From: Podarcis bocagei
Lineage: Eukaryota
Assembly: GCA_964188305.1 (NCBI GenBank)
Contig: OZ076888.1
Strand: one strand, 5' to 3'
Length of the DNA: 64,000 nt
Part shown: piece after piece, positions 12,780-23,484 of the stretch
Layout of the letters: each line of letters begins with the position of its first letter
How positions within the stretch are numbered: position 1 is the stretch's first letter
Program-made: the position numbers and the translations under genes
Notes under the pieces: model-generated
What the model was told of the DNA's origin: nothing
Database searches by the model: none
What the model saw: the letters and a program-made list of their open reading frames with translations, nothing else

Positions 12780-13697
12780 CAATTATGCAGCAGCGCGCCC
12801 GGGTCCATAGAAATCACTCCAGATAACTAGACATATATAAATCATTCATGAGAACAATTTCTGAAAAGAGACGAAGGGAGGGGAAAAAATTGTGTAGAGA
12901 ATGACATTGGGAAGCCAAGGGCCTGCTCTGTAAGAAGATAGCAACACCTTACAAAAATCTTTTTTCCGCTTTCATTTTTTTTTTTTTTTTGGTTATTATT
13001 ATTTTACTGATTGTGTATTGTGGCACGTGCTTTCCTCTTGCCTCCCTGCCCCCCACCTTCTATTAGCCTGACAGATATTTTCAGAATTAATTAACCGTTA
13101 GCTCAGAGGATAAATTTTCATTATCAATTTTCTCCCCTTCTTCTCTTTCGTTCCTTTTATAGTTTGTCTTTCTCTTTCAGGCCAGCAATTACACTCTCTG
13201 CCTTTCTCTGGCAGGTCCTGTTTCTGTAGGAGGTAATCCAAATGAGGAAAGTGCTTTTTCTTCCCCTCCTTCCTTTTAGACCCATTCACTTCCCTTCTTC
13301 TACCTTTTGTGGGATTTAATAACCGCGGCTGATAGGTGCGCCGTGGACAGAGAGGTTAAGTTTGTTGTCTCAGCACTTTGCTGACAGGAGACAGTGCAGA
13401 AATCCAGGAAACGTGCGGCCAGGCCTCTCCGGGCAGCAAAGTATTCCAGCAGCAAGTTCCCACAGCCAGGCTCCACATCACAGCTTGTGTTTCAGATTGC
13501 ATTTCTTTACTCCCAGTAAAACAAACTTTTATAAACTTCTGGGAACTTGGATCCATCCAGATCTCTAGATCTTCCTCAGCCTCGACATAACCTCCCCTCA
13601 TTCAACCTCCCCTCAATTTTTACATCTCCTTGAAATTTCCTATTTCTCCATTGTGACTGGTGTCAACTATAGCGTTTAGCAGGAAATAGTAGTAGAG

Positions 13698-13698
<1 letters not shown>

Positions 13699-13760
<62 letters not shown>

Positions 13761-13940
13761 GTAATACTTCTTAGTCACTTGTTACCTGAAGGTCTCCAAG
13801 CAACTGACAGAACATTTAATACATAAATATAGATACATTACATATAAAACAGAAGAAAATACCCCCCACAACAGACACACTAGTAAAAAAATAGCATCCG
13901 CTTAGTCTGTCAAAAGCTTGGGAGGGAAATATGAGTCTTT
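13699..13940 (-). mobile_element. L2-like LINE 3' end with (AAT)n tail
   Basis: (AAT)n followed by an L2-like 3' UTR remnant and caaaagcttggg...agtcttta. Confidence 0.5.
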
Positions 13941-14900
13941 ACTATAATGACCATTATGAAGCAAATGAGTTCAAAACTATTTCTCAAGGCTCATCCACTC
14001 TTACCTTTCGCCCCACACTTTCTAGGCACAGGCCTGTGCTTTCCTGGTTTGTTTCTGAGAGCACCCCGCTCCCCACCGCTTTCCCCAAGAAAACCCAGTT
14101 TTTACTGCTGAATTGGAACAAATTGCCATTTGTTCCGATTCAGTAGTAAATAGTGGGCTTTTGCCGGGGCAACCCCTCCCCCCCCAAAAAAAAGCAAGAG
14201 GCGGCGGGGGGGGGAGGTTGTCAGACCTGGAAACCCCAGATCTTTGCCTAGAAAGCATGGGGCAAAAGATAAGTGTGGATGAGCTTTCACTTTGTGTATC
14301 TTACTCTACCTTTTAAAGCTATGTTCACCCACAGTTTAAAAGGAGGGCGGAGCTTGTATCCAATGCTCTGGATTTGATTTTGAGGGTGCACATGGGTCTG
14401 GAAGGGACAGGAGAGAGGAAGCCCCTGGCCTGAGCAGAGTTGCAGGTTTGGATACAGCCCAATGTCCTTCTTTATTAACCTTCCTTTCTTGTAAAGGGCT
14501 GTGTTCACTGAAGAAGGATGTTCTATGCAGCTGTTTTGCATTCCAACACAAGTGAGACAGAATGGAATCTGCTCCTCACCTTCTCCGCAGTTCTGCTTGC
14601 TTTGCATTCAGGCACAATGGGCCAGCTGTGAGCTGCTACCCTTAAGTTCAACCTCATCTTCAGTACCCTGCAATGTCTCTCAAGCTTCCACTGACCATCC
14701 CATGCAGAACCCTGGGATGAAACCAATAAGGTATGCCAAAAGTTATTTGGTGTAAGGGCTGTGCAATCACTTTGGATCAGATTCAGATGTGAAATAAATC
14801 AGGGTGGTTCATAGCCAGGTAAAATGAAGTGGAAGGCAACAGAAGCTGGGACAAGGCAGCTAGAACCAAAGTGCTTAATGAAGTTTCAGTTGTATTTTGT

Positions 14901-16725
14901 TTTTTTGTTTTTTTTAAATATTTTTATTGGTTTTTCACCTTTTATGAATACATAACACACACAGAAAAGACAAAAGACGAAAACATGTATAATTTCAGAA
15001 AATCCTACTTTCCTAACCTTGTTCCTTAACTTCCCCCCACCCCCCTTCATGCATCCCAATTCCCATAATTATGTCAGCAAATTGGTATTTCTCCTCTTAA
15101 CCATCTTAATATTACCTCTTTTATTTAAAAAAAAAAAGTTTTTCTAAGTTGGACTCAAATTCCCTTCCATCGATTTCCCATTTTGTCTTAGGTAAAAGTC
15201 AAATTAACTAAACCCAAAAGTCCTGAGTGTTTTTAACGTTCTATTCTTCCCTCCCTCCCATCCCCGGTTTTCGTCCCTTCCCCAGTACATGTCCAAAATA
15301 ACAGTTCTTAGCCTGGATTCCTCACGTCCGAGGCTTTCAAGTCTCTTTCAGTCCCTCTCCGCCGGTCTTGTTGGTAGTCCTTTATATTGGTCGTCGAATC
15401 TTGAAGGAATTCTGTCCCCATCAAACCAGGTTCTCTTCCCACAAGGGCATTTGAAAACAACTGCTGCAAAAGTTCCTCAGGCCATGCATCTTCAAAGTCA
15501 GAGTGAAGGCCCCAATCATATTTCTTCTTTATTTTGAGTTCCTGTATTCCATATACTCCCGGGGCCTCCTCCTTCGTCTTTTGCATCTTTCGCAGATTTG
15601 TAATCAATGTAATCCAAAAGTCTCCTTGCTTATATTCCACTGGTGTAAGCTTCTGGTTGGTACTTTCCATCTTTGCTTTCTCTTCTCCTTGTTTAGTCTC
15701 CTCCACTTCTTGAGTTATCATTTCCGATTCAGCTGCAGATTCTTTCTCATTCAGGTCCTCAATACATTCAGCAGAGCTGCTTGTTCCAGAAGTCAAGGTC
15801 ATGAGTTGTTTATTCATAGCCAGACTCTGCTCTTGTAAGATTCCCACCAAATGAAACATTCTTTCGATTTCCACTAGTAACTTTCCATCCACAGCCATTG
15901 TAATGTCACAGAGTTCCCCCTAGAGGGAATCTGGTTACTTAATAATCTTTCTCCAATAATCCTCTGACTTGTTGTTGTTACTTTGTTTCCAACAATTTTA
16001 GTTCAATTTTAACTGATTTTAATCCAGAGGGATCTTAGATGACAATTTTTCAACTTTAAACTGTCCGTTTGACAGCTTTGACAGCTGTCAAACTCCGCAT
16101 TCCTCTTCCATAAGCTCAAATACAGGACGCTCCCGGGCCCGGGAGGGGGGGTTACATACAACAGAAAGAAGGCTTCTAAAATTCCACTCTTTCACTCCAG
16201 CTCAAAATTTCTTTTTGCCAAATCTTGGAAGTTAATCTCTTTTTTAACTCACCCCACAAAGGGTAGGCTCTCCAGCTTAGTTCTTCTATAGTTGCTTTAG
16301 ATCGTCTGCAAGAGGGGGGGTGCGGACTTCCTTTTAGCACACACCCCGGTCGTCTCGAATTCACAGGAAAATATTCTTAAAGTCCAATTTCATCTTACTC
16401 ATGGGTTATTCTTTTTCAGTCCGAATTTCAAGGAAGGAAGTCAGCTCTCTCCAGTCATGGCTCGCGGCTCCGCTCAACCGAGGTAGCGATCGACTCTCAG
16501 CGCCACGCCACCCTCCGTACCCTCTCCGCAGCCTTTAAAAAGGCTCTTCGTGGGTCGGGGGGCGCTTAAGGCGCCCACCGAGTCTTCTAGTCCGCAGGCT
16601 TCAGCGCCTGCGGTTTCTAAGGGTCTCCGCGTCGCCGGCGCAGCAAGACCCGTCCTCAGTTGAGCCGATTCCCTCCGCAGCTCGGAGGGAATCCGCCATT
16701 CCCAGATCGCGCCAACCCGGAAGTC
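14901..16725 (-). mobile_element. Full-length ~1.8-kb non-autonomous L1-type (HAL1-like) retroelement, copy 1
   Basis: 15-bp TSD tcagttgtattttgt (14886-14900, 16726-16740); poly(A) tail with AATAAA on the minus strand; CpG-rich 5' end starting GACTTCCGGGTTGGCGC; no RT or endonuclease; homologous to 21228-22974. Confidence 0.9.
15308..15898 (-). CDS. Element-encoded 196-aa E/K-rich ORF (possibly an ORF1p-like remnant)
   Basis: Longest ORF in the track, in the element's sense orientation; GKLL (N-terminal) and DxRxPG (C-terminal) recur in broken frames of copy 2. Confidence 0.45.
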   Translation of the reverse strand: MAVDGKLLVEIERMFHLVGILQEQSLAMNKQLMTLTSGTSSSAECIEDLNEKESAAESEMITQEVEETKQGEEKAKMESTNQKLTPVEYKQGDFWITLITNLRKMQKTKEEAPGVYGIQELKIKKKYDWGLHSDFEDAWPEELLQQLFSNALVGREPGLMGTEFLQDSTTNIKDYQQDRRRGTERDLKASDVRNPG

Positions 16726-16926
16726 TCAGTTGTATTTTGTGTAATGATTTTCTGCCTTGCCTATGTCCAGGAAGGGGCAGAAAAGGGTGACTGAGTGCTA
16801 GTCAGCACTGTAATTGACAAGTCTATCTGTCAATGGAATAATGCCTTACATTGCCTGCATGATGCAAATATCCATATCAAATTTTGCAGAGATTTTACCA
16901 AAGGGCACCTCTGTATTCCCTATGAG

Positions 16927-16928
<2 letters not shown>

Positions 16929-16963
<35 letters not shown>
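16929..16963. repeat. (CT)n microsatellite
   Basis: Visible directly. Confidence 0.95.
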
Positions 16964-16969
<6 letters not shown>

Positions 16970-18449
16970 ATGTAAAGTTTTTTTTAATTAAAGTATTTTC
17001 CCCCCTAACATAAAATTAAAAGCGCAGCCAACAAAAAAGAAAACATAATCAAAATTACAAAACAGAAGAGCAGTACATTTATTTTCCAAATAAATAGAGA
17101 GAAGATAATGTGGAAAAATAAAAGCAGCAAAGCACACAATGAAAGCTAAATTTTGTGATTTGGTGAGGGAAGAGAGTTTTGTATATCTGAATTTGACACA
17201 TAAGAAATTAAATTCCACCCAAAGGCATAGGAATGTTCTGGATCTTCCTTACCATTAGAAGCATGTAATTTGTGAGTTATTTTCTCTACAATAGCCAGAA
17301 TCCACATGTTCTTACACCACAATGAAAGGGTTAAGTCCTGTACTGTCTTCCATTTCTGGGCCAAAGGAGTTCCATGCAAATACTTAGTTTCAAAAGCCAG
17401 GTGGCAGAGCAGCAGAAACTTTTTTAAAATGTTACCTTTGGAACATAAAAAGCCGCTGGACCTATTTGTCTGAAATGTCAGTATTTTAGCCAAAAGAATG
17501 CAATTCTGTGGTAGAAAAAGGTGAAATTTATAGATGTGTTGTGTTTCCCCCATTTAAAACAGTTGGAAATGCAAAAAAAAAGTTTCATTTATGAAACAAA
17601 GCAGCTCTACAAAGTGGGAGTGGAATGAAGCCCCCAAACCAACAAAACGTAGTGGTTTCTGAAAATAAAACAAGGAATCTGAACTGATTTGGAGATGCCA
17701 GGAACTGAACACAGGAACTTTTGCACTTGAAGTAGCTGCTCTACCACTGACTTTTATTTTGATGTGCTAGTTGTCCATGGGAAAATGGGGCAACGTTTAA
17801 AACGCTTCCTCTCCGCCACCCCTGAAGTGACCAAGTCCTAAGAGGGCCATATCATGTCTCTTTGCTAAACGTGCCATCCAGTTCTAAGCTGCCTATATAG
17901 CTTGTCGCAAGGCTTTCTGCCTATTGTTCATCCCAGCTCTCCCCTTATCAGGTCTGCTGCTGCAGATTTGGAGAAATAACGCATTTGTCACAGCAGAGAG
18001 AGTGGCTGTACAGTCATAAACTCACAATGCTTGGCTCTCTGCCACTGTACACACAGCCCACTGGAATGCATGTGATGGCATCTGGTGGTATAGACTGATG
18101 GCAAGGGCACAACATTCGCTTTGGCACAATGCTGCAGTGACAGAGCGCTGGCAGGGCAGCAAAGGGTGGCACTTGCCAGGGATGGCAGCCTTCTCAGAAA
18201 GAAGGGCAGAAACACGGCTGCCCTTCCACAGAAACACAAAGAGGATTCTGACATGGGATTTCTGTTGTCACATGCTCACATTCACCGGCAGCTGGTGATA
18301 ATTCTGCCCATCTCAGAGGGGAAACTACTGTTGCTAAGAGCAATGGTTTTCACTTTTCAGATCTGCATTCTGCAACCCTTTGGTCTGCTTGTTTCCCGGG
18401 GTTTCTGTCCCACCTTTCCTCCACCATAGAGCCCAAAGTGGCGTAGATG

Positions 18450-18546
18450 TCGCTCCCAGGAGCTCTTGCAGGCACTGACCAGACCCAAACCTGCTGAGCT
18501 TCAGCCAGGTGGTGGCCTCACGTGCCCTTCAATCCATACCCTGGCC
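18450..18546 (-). mobile_element. Degenerate SINE with 5S rRNA-related segment
   Basis: Reverse complement gctgaagctcagcaggtttgggtctggtcagtgcctg resembles the 8425 copy and the 5S internal control region. Confidence 0.5.
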
Positions 18547-18737
18547 ACGATTTTCAATTATTATTAGCACAGAACACAGGGAAAGTGCAGGAAGTGAGGC
18601 ATCCAAGAAATGAGATGTGATGGTGGATATAGTTGCTTGAAATGTACTTCTGGACAGGGGAGATTTTCTTTGGGGTGAGGGTGTCATGTCAAGTTTTTCT
18701 CCCTCTCTCATATTACTAGAAAGCAGGGCCATCTGAT

Positions 18738-19035
18738 TGAAATATACTCGGAGTCGAGAGTGGATTTCATGCTCTTTATTCAGCTCATAGTGGTGAGGAG
18801 GAATGGAAGTTCCCCCAGAATGTCTGCTTTATATACATTATTTACACAATGGGCCCCACGTGATTGGCTAATTCCGGGATTCTCCTGTAGGTCAATCAGG
18901 TTGCGGATTCACTTCCACCTGGAGCTGGATTGGGTGGCTCCTGTGGACCAATCAGACTGTTGCATTCTGGATCCTATTGTTCTAGGACCAATCAGACTGC
19001 TGCATTTTGGATCCTATTCAACTCAGTACATAACA
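18738..19035 (-). mobile_element. Solo LTR (298 bp)
   Basis: TG...CA ends; 5-bp TSD ctgat (18733-18737, 19036-19040); TATATAAA then AATAAA on the minus strand; duplicated CCAAT-containing module. Confidence 0.9.
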
Positions 19036-21227
19036 CTGATGAAGCTGAATTGGGAGGTGGGAGACATCCAGAGGAGGCAAAGGGAAGGACTCCTTCATAC
19101 AGCACATAGTTAAACTATGAAATTTGCTCCCACAACACCATGGGTTGTACCCAACGCTCTGAAAGCAGCCACAGAACTTCCCATTCCATGCTCTCCCCAC
19201 CCACCGCACTCCCAGATTTGACCCCCTGGAGCTGATTTTGCAAATGCACGGGACACTGCAAAGGAGGTCAGAGGGAAGTTCCATTCTGCAGCCACTAGTC
19301 TTTTGTGCTAGTAGGACAGGGACATTGGAAACCAGTGGCCTGCTGTCAGTGGGCCTGGGGGACTAGGCTGATCTGCTAAATGTCCCCCTGGTATTTCCTT
19401 CCCAAATCCTGGGAAGCTTCTGCCCAGCTTAGGGAGGGAGGCGCAATGCTCACACATGCAACATTGAGATGTCAGCCCCCGCCAATCGCCCTTGCAAGCT
19501 GGCACCTCTGGCCCCAACTGTTCCCCTATGAAAAATTTCACCACATGCCACTCTTGGGGACCAAGAGACAGGGATTCTCCAGCTGTTATTCCTGCAGGTC
19601 CAGAACAAGTGGCACAGTCCAAAGGATGGATATCCTAGGTATGGATTTGTTTTTGACATTTCAGGAAAAGTCCTCCCCCTTTATTTCAGTTCGGCAATAT
19701 AAATAAAATACTTTGTAGTGTGGCTCACACCACTAAGCACAGAGACTGTGAAAGGTGCCAGATAAGAAATTTCAATCTGTATATAAAGAGTTACAGAGGG
19801 ATAACACGATAAAAATCTGACCAAAGACTTCAATTAGGCATCTTCAGTAATCCCAAGCACATCAGAAATAAAAAATATCATCTAGGAGAAATATATAATT
19901 AGCAGAGACCAGGAGAGAAATAGCCTTCATCAAACACCACAATGCGCACAGTTCAAAAGCTGAATATTCAAATTAAAATCCCAAATTCGTTCAGTGACCT
20001 GCCTCTTTGCAGATCAATGGAAACAGGGGCACACATCTCCTTTGATACATCTCTGCTATGTAAAGTGTCCTTTAACTAAACAGGGTCAAAAACCATAAAT
20101 GATTACTGGAAATGATTTGACAACTGCACAGCTACATTCATTTTAAATAGGCATTAATTCATTTAATAGAGTTGGAAGGGGGAACTGTTCTGATCGCTGT
20201 AAAGTGGGACAGAGAAAGGAAGGAAGCAGATGGCATTTTACAGCTAACATTCACAGGAAAGTCGGTGTTCTTGGGGAGAGTCATTATTATCGCTGTCCTT
20301 ACTGTGGCACCCCCAGGAATTACTTGGTATATGAAATTCCATGGCTGTTTGGTTGCTTCAGGTTTACCAGTAAGACTAACCTCACTCAAAAAACACTCCC
20401 AGTGAATCAATAGCTGTCACTACCTACTGGGTTCAAGAGCATAAGGAGAGAATGTGTGTTTGTAGAGAGAGGGGGGAGGGGAAGAGAAATGTTTTCTAGT
20501 TTTGCACCTATTCATATACATTGGCACACGCACATTTTATGCATGTCCACTGTTGTGCACTTTTTGGGGACTGGAGTGAATGTTTTTCCTCTTTTTTGGC
20601 AATGCATTGGACACCTTAAGCTAACTCAATCAGTTTCCAGTTTCTTACATGCAAAGATGCCTAGAGTGAAGAGGATGACCTTTTTCAGTCTGTGGGCTGC
20701 AGTCGCTTCTGGAAAGCTGTATGAGGGCTTGCCAGTGGTGGGCAGGTCCAAAGGCAAAAGTGTGCACAAACAGATACAAAAGTGAGCAGAACTCTTCATC
20801 TGGATTTTGCCTTGGTACAGAAGGCTACTTTCTACCCAGACTTACACGCCCTCAAGTTGCACCAACTCCTAGGGGGCAGAGGTATCTTCAGCCCCCACAA
20901 AATATTCTGGCACAGGGCCAGACCCCCTTAATATTGAAGGGGCAGAGGAAGCCAATCATTGAGGTGAGTGCCACACAGTCCAGTGGCTGGCTCCTCCTGA
21001 GCATAGAGAGGAAGCTGTGCCACAACTGGGCTCTGTGCTTGACCACCTCCCGACAATGTGACGTCATGCACGCCAGCCCTTCCAATCTTGGGCACAAGAT
21101 GGCCCCTCTGCACATGCCTCTATACCCTCTATTCAGGCAAGCAAGAGGCATTATCCAAGTTCAAGGGCACATTGCATGAAAAGAGGGTGCAAAGCAAAGT
21201 TAGTGAGAGCTGTGGGGCCAGATTTTG

Positions 21228-22974
21228 TTGTTGTTTTTTTAATCATATTTATTAAAATTTCCAATATTGACAGAATAGAAAAAATAGAAAAGATAAAGAA
21301 AAGAAAGAAAAAGAAAGACCAATTTTAAACCCTTATTTTCATAACTTTCTTTCTGGGACTCCCTCCTTCCCCTCCCGACTGTATTCCCCTTTCCCTAAGT
21401 TGGTTCCACAAGTTCTCATTCCCAATTTAAGCCTAATATGTTGTGCCTATTAGCCAATTTAAATTACAATCTTAACATCACTCCTCATCTTTAACAAAAT
21501 AGAAAAAAGATTTTTCCCCCAAGATCTACCCCGTTTCCTTCCACGAATTCCCCCTTTTTTTCAAAACATGTTAAATCACAATACCAAAGTTATATAGAAA
21601 GATAAAAGATAAAAGATAGAAGAAGATTCAAAAAGTTGGGTACATAGCCTTTGGATTCTAGAATTCCCCCTCCCTTCCCCGGTTTAGATTCCCCATGTCC
21701 ATCAGTCTGTATGTTGTCGGCCTGGAGGTCTCAAGTCCACAGCCAAATTTTCCTCAAACCATCTTGCCGGTTTTCTTTAAATTTACTTGTTTTGATGCTG
21801 TTTAACTTCAAAAATCCAGTCTAATAGAGGCCTTTAATTTCCTTTGGTCATAGTTGCTCCTCCCATTGTTCTTTCCGTGGCGTAGTTGGTCCTTTGCTCT
21901 TTTATTTCTTACTTTCTCAGGTTTCTATCTTGTTCAGCTGCAAAACCATTCTTATTCCGAAATCTAGTATCTCTACAGAGGTTTGTTATTCAGGAACAAA
22001 AACTTACGTCCAGTTCCTACCTTGCTTCAATAGAAAAATTCTATTGTGTTGTCACCTCTGTAGACAAAACAATATTTCAGTTTAGCTGCTTTCCCAGGAG
22101 ATAAGTCCTGTACCCATCCCGGAGTAGTTTTCCACATACGCCACTTGTAATGTCCCAAAGCCCCTCTAGGGGGGTTGCAGTAACTTTGTATCCTCTATTC
22201 CAAAAGTCAAGTTGTTGTTTCTTTTTTCCCCCGACATTTTGTATCCATATTTATGTCCAATTGTAACAAAATTTACCAGCAAAATACTTATAACAAAGTC
22301 CTCTTTATGTTCTCAAGATTTGACAGCTACTTTGACAGCTGTCAAATTCTCCATCTCTCTCCGCCAGGTTCTCTGAATCGCCCCGGTTCCCAGGGGGGGG
22401 GTTGCCTTTTCCCTCTCACCCTCGACTTTTCTCCTCCAGCACAATTCTTGTAGTATCCCATCGTGGAATTGATATTTTTTGTCAGCAATAAGCTTCTGAA
22501 TCGATCTTGGTTTCTCAGTCCTTGTTTTAGCATGTTTACAATCAGGAAGGGGACTGACTTCCTTTTTAGATCCCCCCCGCTCGTGCCGAATCCGAAAAAA
22601 AATTCCTTTTTTTTCTCCTTTTATACCCGGTTACCCAATTACTCACGGGTTGTTGTTAAATAGTCGAATTTTCAATAGAAGAAGCCAGCGCTCTCCGACG
22701 AATGGCATGCGGCTGCGCTCGGCAGGGGAAGCGATAGACTCACAGCACCACGCCGCTCCCCGGCACCCGATCCGTAGCCTTTAAAAAGGCTCCTTCACGA
22801 GTCGGGAGGGCGCTAACGGTACCAGCCGAGTCCCCATGTCCACGGGCTCCGTGCCCGTGGTTTTTAAGGGTCCCCGCGTCGCCGGCGCGGTAGGACCCAG
22901 CCCCTGCCGAGCAGACTCCCTCCGGAGCTCGGAGGGAGTCCGCCATTCAGCGATGGCGCCAACCCGGAAGTCCC
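21228..22974 (-). mobile_element. Full-length ~1.75-kb non-autonomous L1-type (HAL1-like) retroelement, copy 2
   Basis: 18-bp TSD ctgtggggccagattttg (21210-21227, 22975-22992); poly(A) with AATAAA; 5' end GGGACTTCCGGGTTGGCGCC homologous to copy 1; ORF region disrupted. Confidence 0.9.
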
Positions 22975-23027
22975 CTGTGGGGCCAGATTTTGCCCATGGA
23001 ACCTAGGTTCTCATTTGTGATCTAGAG

Positions 23028-23091
23028 CAGGTATTTGCAGACCCAGGACCCACTTTTAACCCAAACATGTGTTTGTGGACCCACTTCTATT

Positions 23092-23129
<38 letters not shown>

Positions 23130-23484
23130 GGTACCTTGGGTTAAGAACTTAATTCGTTCTGGAGGTCCGTTCTTAACCTAAAACTGTTCTTAACCTGAGG
23201 TACCAGTTTAGCTAATGGGGCCTCCTGCTGCCGCCGGGCCACCGCCGCACGATTTCTGTTCTCATCCTGAAGCAAAGTTCTTAACCCAAGGTACTATTTC
23301 TGGGTTAGCGGAGTCTGTAAGCTGAAGCGTTTGTAACCTGAAGCGTCTGTAACCCGAGGTACCACTGTATATGTATTGCTTATTTTATGTATATTTGCTC
23401 TGTGGTAATGCTCCTGCTGTGACCCACATTTGATCAGGACACGACCCACTAGGGAGTCCTGATTCACCTTTTGAACATCAGCAG
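23028..23484. mobile_element. Old hAT-Charlie-like MITE hosting a Tigger-like MITE
   Basis: Flanked by tctagag / cctagag; gacccac subterminal motif repeated on both sides of the nested insert. Confidence 0.5.
23126..23367 (+). mobile_element. Tigger/pogo-like MITE
   Basis: TIRs cagtggtacct.gggtta / taacccgaggtaccactg; TA on the right flank; close inverted copy at 50942. Confidence 0.9.

Noticed and set aside
12329-12826. Long ORFs across N runs (also 61965-62504)
   Set aside because: Artefacts of assembly gaps.
16430-16725. CpG islands here and at 22680-22974 as host gene promoters
   Set aside because: Both lie inside TSD-flanked retroelements.
16430-16725. HDV-like ribozyme at the element 5' end
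   Set aside because: I found nested stems but could not build the HDV double pseudoknot by eye; left as an untested option.
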